64,000 bases of DNA. Source: Enterovirga sp. GTDB lineage: Bacteria; Pseudomonadota; Alphaproteobacteria; Rhizobiales; Beijerinckiaceae. The notes under the pieces were generated by a model. It saw nothing but the letters and a program-made list of their open reading frames with translations. It did not search any database and was not told the DNA's origin. Both the position numbers and the translations under genes were made by a program. Positions 59,010-64,000 of this stretch are shown here, piece after piece. Position 1 is the first letter of the stretch, and each line of letters starts with the position of its first letter. Where the stretch lies: contig NZ_DAOLAJ010000005.1 in assembly GCF_035325185.1 (NCBI RefSeq), forward strand, positions 5,166 to 69,165. Direction: 5' to 3'.

Positions 59010-62000
59010 ATGAAGCCCGATGACGTGATCGTCCTTGCGAGGGAAGGAGCCGGAGGGGCGCCGCTCGCCGTCGCCGGCGCCCGCGCGGGCGCCCGCGGCT
59101 TCCTCGACCTGGAGAATGCCGACGACGCCGATGCGGCCCTTGCGGCCCTCGCGACGATGGAACGCGGCGTGCCGGAAAGGTTCGGGATCAGGATCGGCGG
59201 CGGCGACCGGCCCCTGGCGCGGCGCCTCCTCGAAGCCCGGACAGGGAAATGGCGCGAGGTCCTGCTCGCCGCGGGAGACGACGACCTCGCCGGCTCGGCC
59301 GAGCTGTTCCGGCGGGCCGGGATCGAGGTCTTCGCCGAGGCGGCGAGCGTCGCGGAGGCGCAGCGCGCGCGGAGCGCCGGCATCGCGCGCATCGTCCTGA
59401 AAGGACACGAAGCCGGCGGCCGGGTCGGGGACGAGACGGCTTTCGTCCTGCTCCAGCATTGGCTGCACGCGGCGCAGGCATCGGGAGACGAGGCGGCCGC
59501 CGTCTGGGTCCAGGGCGGCGTCGGCCTTCACACGGCCGCCGCCTGCCTCGCCGGCGGCGCGGCGGGCGTCGTCCTCGACCATCAGCTTCTTCTCGCGCGG
59601 GAATCGCAGCTTCCCGAGAGCGAGCGCGAATGGATCGGCGCCTTCGACGGCAGCGACACGGCCTGCCTCGGCGAAAGCCTCGGCGCGCCCTATCGCTTCC
59701 ACCTCCAGCGCGGCGCGGCCGCGATCGAGGAACTGGGCGCGGTGGAGGATCGCCTGAGGCAGGGCGACTTCCCGGCGGAGGAGAGGCTGCGGCTCTGGCA
59801 CGAAGCCGTCCGCGAGCGGCTGGCGGCGGGCACCCTCCGGCCGCTCGGGCAGGATGCCTGTTTCGCGAGACCGCTCGCGCAGCGCTTCGTGACGGTAGCG
59901 GGCATCGTCCAGGCGATTTGCAGCCGGAGCCGCCGGCACCTGGAAGACGCGCGGCGCCTGCGGCCCCTGGCCGAGGGCGCGCCCCTCGCCGTCCGGCACG
60001 ACACGCGATATCCCCTCGTGCAGGGCCCCATGACGCGCGTCAGCGACACCGCGCCTTTCGCCGCCGCCGTCGCCGAGGGGGGCGCGCTGCCCTTCGTCGC
60101 GCTCGCGCTCCTGCGCAAGCCGGAGGTGGAGAAGCTCCTTGCCGGGACGCGCGACCTCGCCGCCGGCCGCTCCTGGGGCGCGGGCATCCTCGGCTTCGTC
60201 CCGGCCGAGCTGCGCCGCGAGCAGATCGAGGCCGTCCTGGCCTGCCGCCCGCCCTTCGCGCTGATCGCGGGAGGCCGGCCGGACCAGGCCCGCGAACTCG
60301 AGCAGCATGGCATCGTGACCTATCTGCACGTGCCCTCGCCCGGCCTCCTCAGGATGTTCCTGAGCGAGGGGAGCCGCCATTTCGTCTTCGAGGGGCGTGA
60401 ATGCGGCGGGCATGTCGGGCCGCGCACGAGCTTCGTCCTCTGGGAAACGATGTGCGAGATCCTTCTCGAGCACATCGAGAAGCACGGCCGGGGCGAGGAG
60501 CTGCAGGTGATCTTCGCCGGCGGCATCCACGATGCGCGCTCGGCCGCCATGGTCTCGGCCCTCTCCGCGGGCCTCGCCGCGCGGGGCGTCGCGGTCGGGG
60601 CGCTGATGGGCACGGCCTATCTCTTCACCGAGGAGGCTGTCTCCGGCGGTGCCGTCGTGCCGCGCTTCCAGCAGGAGGCTTTGGGCTGCGCCGAGACGGT
60701 GCTCCTGCAAACGAGCCGGGGCCACGCGATCCGCTGCATCGGGACGCCCTATTGCGAGGTCTTCGACAGCGAGAAGCAGAGGCTGCAAGCCGAAGGCAAG
60801 TCGCACGAGGAGATCGTCAAGGCGCTCGAATGGATGAATATGGGCCGGCTGCGGATCGCCTCCAAGGGAGTCGAGCGCGTCTCCGGCAACGGCACCGAGT
60901 CCGGGGGGGGCGCACCGCAGGCGGCCCTCGCCCCCTTGTCCGGCGACGAGCAGCATGCCCGCGGCATGTACATGATCGGCCAGGTGGCGGCCATGCACGA
61001 CGATGTGACGACCATCGCGCATCTGCACGAGGAGGTCTGCGGCGGCGCCCAGGCGATTCTCGACGCGGTGAAGGCGGACGGAAGCAGCCGGCCGGCCATC
61101 GCGCAGCCGCCTTGCGACATCGCGATCATCGGCATGTCCTGCTATTTTCCGCAGGCGGCCGACCGCACGCAATACTGGGAGAATATCCTAGGCAAGAAGA
61201 ACACCGTCACGGAAATCCCGGGCCGCCTCTGGGATTGGCGGCTCTATTACGATCCCGACCCGCGGGCGCCCGACAAGATCATCTCGAAATGGGGCGGGTT
61301 CCTCGACGACCTCGATTTCGATCCCCTGGCCTACGGCATCACGCCGGCCAGCATGACCTCCATCGATCCGCTCCAGCTCTACCTGCTCGAATCCGTCCGG
61401 CTCGCGATCGGCGATGCCGGCTATACGAGCCGCCCCTTCGACCGGGAGCGGACCTGCGCGATGCTCGGCATCGGCGGGGGCGCGAGCCCGCTGCCGGTCG
61501 CCTACGGCTTCCGCACCTCCCTGCCGCTGCTCGATTGCATCGAGGGGCTCGGGGTGACCTCCGGGGACGTGCTCGGGCGGATCGGCCCATACCTGCCGTC
61601 CTGGACGGAGGACAGCTTCCCCGGCATCCTGGCGAACGTGGCGGCCGGGCGCGTCGCCAACCGCTTCAATTTCGGCGGCACGAACTACGCCATCGACGCC
61701 GCCTGCGGCTCCTCGCTCGCCGCCGTGCAGGCCTGCATCCGCGAACTCGTCTCCGGGACGAGCGACGTGGCCTTCGCCATGGCCGCGGACATGGTGCAGA
61801 CGCCCTATGCCTATCTCGCCTTCAGCAAGACGCATGCGCTCTCCCCGCGCGGGCAATGCCGGCCCTTCGACGCGACGGGCGACGGCATCGTCCTCAGCGA
61901 GGGCATCTCGACGGTCGTCCTGAAGCGGCTCGCCGATGCGGAGCGCGACGGAGACCGGATCTACGCCGTGATCCGCGGCATCGGCTCCTCCAGCGACGGG

Positions 62001-64000
62001 CGGGCGAAGGGGCTCACCGCGCCCCTCGCCGAGGGGCAGTTGCGCGCCTTGCGCCGGGCCTATGAGGGCTCGGGCCTCTCGCCGGCGCGGGTCGAACTCG
62101 TCGAGGCCCACGGCACCGGCACGGTGGCGGGAGACGACACCGAGGCGAAGGCGCTGAACCAGGTGTTCCGCGAGGCCGGGGCCGAGCCGCGCTCCTGCGC
62201 CATCGGCTCGGTCAAGTCGATGATCGGGCACAGCAAATGCGCCGCCGGCATGGCCGGGCTGATCAAGACGTCGCTTGCCCTGCACCACAAGGTCCTGCCG
62301 CCGACCCTCGTCGAGACGCCCAATCCGAAATGCGGCTTCGGCGAAGGCCCGCTCTACTTGAACGGCGAGGCGCGCCCCTGGATCAAGGGCTCCGGCGAGA
62401 CACGCTGCGCGGGCGTCAGCGCCTTCGGCTTCGGCGGCACCAATTTCCACGTCGTGCTGGAGGAATATGAAGGCGCGATCGGGCAGGAGGCGGCGGCCTG
62501 CCTTGCGCATTGGCCGGCCGATCTTCTCGTCTGGCGCCGGCCGACACCCGCCGCGATCCTGGCGGAGGTCGAGCAATGCCTCGACGGGATCGGGCGCGGC
62601 GCGACGCCCGATCCCGGCGATCTCGCCTTGTCGCTCTGGAAGGCCGATCGCGGCGAGACGGCGCAGCCCGTGCTCGCGATCGTCGCCACCTCCCTCGACG
62701 ACCTGAAGGACAAGCTCGCCGTCGCCCGCGACGGCCTGCGCGCCGGCTCATCGAGCCTGCGCGATCCGCGCGGCGTCTATTTCGCCGCCGATCCCGCCGC
62801 GCGCTCCGGCAAGGTCGCGTTCCTGTTCCCCGGCCAGGGCTCGCAATATCCCGACATGCTGGCGCAGCTGGCCATCGCCTTCCCGGAGGTGCGCCGCTCC
62901 TTCGACGAGGCCGAGAGCCGGCTCGCCGGCCTCCTGGAGCAGCCGCTCGGCCGCTTCGTCTTCCCGCCGACCGCCTTCACGCCCGCGGAGGAGGAACAGG
63001 CGAGGACCGCCCTGACGCGGACCGAGGTGGCCCAGCCCGCGATGGGCGCTGCCGATCTCGGCATGTTCCGCCTGCTCACGGAACTGGGGCTGGAGCCGGA
63101 TTTCCTCGCCGGGCACAGCTACGGCGACTACGTCGCCCTCTGCGCCGCGGGCGCGCTCGACGAGCGGGACCTGCCCCGGCTCTCGCACCGGCGCGGCCGG
63201 GTCATCGTCGAGGCGAGCGCGGAATCGCCGGGCGGCATGGTGGCCTTCGACGCGCCCGCCGCGGCCGTCGAGGAGGCCATCGCCGGCACCGGCGCCACGG
63301 TGGCGAACGAGAACTCCCCCCGCCAGACCGTCGTCTCGGGAACGCCCGAGAGCCTGGAGGCCGCGCTCGCCCAGGCGAAGGAGCGCAAGATCGCGGGCCA
63401 CAGGATCAACGTCTCGCGCGGCTTCCACTCGCCGCTCGTGGCCGGCGCCCGCGAGCCCCTGGCGGAAGCTCTCGCGCAGGCGCGCTTCGCGGCGCCCCGC
63501 CGCCCGGTCTTCTCCAACACCACGGCGGCGCCCTATCCCGGCGATCCCGCCGTGATCGCCGATCTCCTGGCCGAGCACCTCGTCGCGCCGGTGCGCTTCC
63601 AGGACGAGATCGTCGCGATGCACGAGGCCGGGGCGCGCGTCTTCGTCGAGGTCGGGCCGCAGGCGGTGCTGACCGGGCTCGTCCACCAGATCCTCGGCGA
63701 GAAGCCCTTCGTCGCGCTCGCCTCCGACATCAAGGGCCGGCCGGGCCTCCTCCAGCTCCAGCACCTGCTCGGGCAGCTCCTCGTCTGCGGCCTTCCCGTC
63801 CGGCTCGACCGGCTCCATGCCGGGCGCGGGCTGCGCCGGCTCGACCTCGCCGATCTCGTCGAGGCGACCCGCAAGCCGAAGCCCTCGCCGACCGGCTGGG
63901 TCATCAACAGCGTGCGGGTGCGCCCCACCGGGGCGCCGGAGCCTTTCGTCCTCGGCGCCAGGTCGCCGGAGCCGGCATCTTCGGCATCCCAGGCGAACGG
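59010..64000 (+). CDS. Type I polyketide/fatty-acid synthase (NMO-like x2, KS, AT, ...), 3' truncated by window edge
   Basis: Translated by hand; absent from the ORF track because there is no stop in the window. One frame from ATG 59010 contains KGHEAGGR, PLVQGPM, EGRECGGH, IAIIGMSC, DAACGSSL, EAHGTGT, KSMIGH, FPGQGSQY, GHSYG, GFHS. Confidence 0.92.
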   Translation, partial: MKPDDVIVLAREGAGGAPLAVAGARAGARGFLDLENADDADAALAALATMERGVPERFGIRIGGGDRPLARRLLEARTGKWREVLLAAGDDDLAGSAELFRRAGIEVFAEAASVAEAQRARSAGIARIVLKGHEAGGRVGDETAFVLLQHWLHAAQASGDEAAAVWVQGGVGLHTAAACLAGGAAGVVLDHQLLLARESQLPESEREWIGAFDGSDTACLGESLGAPYRFHLQRGAAAIEELGAVEDRLRQGDFPAEERLRLWHEAVRERLAAGTLRPLGQDACFARPLAQRFVTVAGIVQAICSRSRRHLEDARRLRPLAEGAPLAVRHDTRYPLVQGPMTRVSDTAPFAAAVAEGGALPFVALALLRKPEVEKLLAGTRDLAAGRSWGAGILGFVPAELRREQIEAVLACRPPFALIAGGRPDQARELEQHGIVTYLHVPSPGLLRMFLSEGSRHFVFEGRECGGHVGPRTSFVLWETMCEILLEHIEKHGRGEELQVIFAGGIHDARSAAMVSALSAGLAARGVAVGALMGTAYLFTEEAVSGGAVVPRFQQEALGCAETVLLQTSRGHAIRCIGTPYCEVFDSEKQRLQAEGKSHEEIVKALEWMNMGRLRIASKGVERVSGNGTESGGGAPQAALAPLSGDEQHARGMYMIGQVAAMHDDVTTIAHLHEEVCGGAQAILDAVKADGSSRPAIAQPPCDIAIIGMSCYFPQAADRTQYWENILGKKNTVTEIPGRLWDWRLYYDPDPRAPDKIISKWGGFLDDLDFDPLAYGITPASMTSIDPLQLYLLESVRLAIGDAGYTSRPFDRERTCAMLGIGGGASPLPVAYGFRTSLPLLDCIEGLGVTSGDVLGRIGPYLPSWTEDSFPGILANVAAGRVANRFNFGGTNYAIDAACGSSLAAVQACIRELVSGTSDVAFAMAADMVQTPYAYLAFSKTHALSPRGQCRPFDATGDGIVLSEGISTVVLKRLADAERDGDRIYAVIRGIGSSSDGRAKGLTAPLAEGQLRALRRAYEGSGLSPARVELVEAHGTGTVAGDDTEAKALNQVFREAGAEPRSCAIGSVKSMIGHSKCAAGMAGLIKTSLALHHKVLPPTLVETPNPKCGFGEGPLYLNGEARPWIKGSGETRCAGVSAFGFGGTNFHVVLEEYEGAIGQEAAACLAHWPADLLVWRRPTPAAILAEVEQCLDGIGRGATPDPGDLALSLWKADRGETAQPVLAIVATSLDDLKDKLAVARDGLRAGSSSLRDPRGVYFAADPAARSGKVAFLFPGQGSQYPDMLAQLAIAFPEVRRSFDEAESRLAGLLEQPLGRFVFPPTAFTPAEEEQARTALTRTEVAQPAMGAADLGMFRLLTELGLEPDFLAGHSYGDYVALCAAGALDERDLPRLSHRRGRVIVEASAESPGGMVAFDAPAAAVEEAIAGTGATVANENSPRQTVVSGTPESLEAALAQAKERKIAGHRINVSRGFHSPLVAGAREPLAEALAQARFAAPRRPVFSNTTAAPYPGDPAVIADLLAEHLVAPVRFQDEIVAMHEAGARVFVEVGPQAVLTGLVHQILGEKPFVALASDIKGRPGLLQLQHLLGQLLVCGLPVRLDRLHAGRGLRRLDLADLVEATRKPKPSPTGWVINSVRVRPTGAPEPFVLGARSPEPASSASQAN

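Noticed and set aside
1-64000. CRISPR arrays, tRNA/rRNA genes, transposases, prophage genes
   Set aside because: None recognised by eye; a weak tRNA or sRNA could have been missed without a scanner.

Overview
High-GC bacterial chromosomal window, most likely an alphaproteobacterium of the order Hyphomicrobiales. This is inferred from podJ with its TauE/TIGR02186 neighbours, a cpa/tad pilus cluster, CtrA-like boxes and Rhizobiales-type short repeats. Left to right: end of a pspA-yqiJ-flotillin operon; polA carrying an in-frame palindromic repeat; a Cache-type adenylate cyclase; an acyl-CoA ligase/thiolase pair; ppa; two tandem MutS-like ATPases; a CoA transferase; the podJ locus; acyl-CoA dehydrogenase; an orphan amino-acid SBP; cbpAM; arginase and ornithine cyclodeaminase; cfa-arsB-like genes; a tad pilus cluster without a pilin gene; a TRAP/TAXI transporter; a phnDCEE-like ABC transporter; a caspase-like/TPR-OmpA-MFP-RND cassette; an ABC1/UbiB kinase; and the 5' 5 kb of a type I PKS that runs off the window. 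The main hidden feature is the ~300 bp intergenic region at 12040-12345. It holds two back-to-back fluoride (crcB-class) riboswitches, each behind its own sigma70-like promoter. One leads ppa and the other leads the uncharacterised MutS-like ATPase pair, which points to a fluoride-response module with no CrcB/Fluc or CLC exporter in the window. Other notable items are an IS5-type 161-bp MITE, a G13 tract, a catalytically dead secreted caspase, an MFP lacking its hairpin, and a PKS with two N-terminal NMO/FabK-like domains. All family assignments come from motif recognition by eye; no database searches were run.
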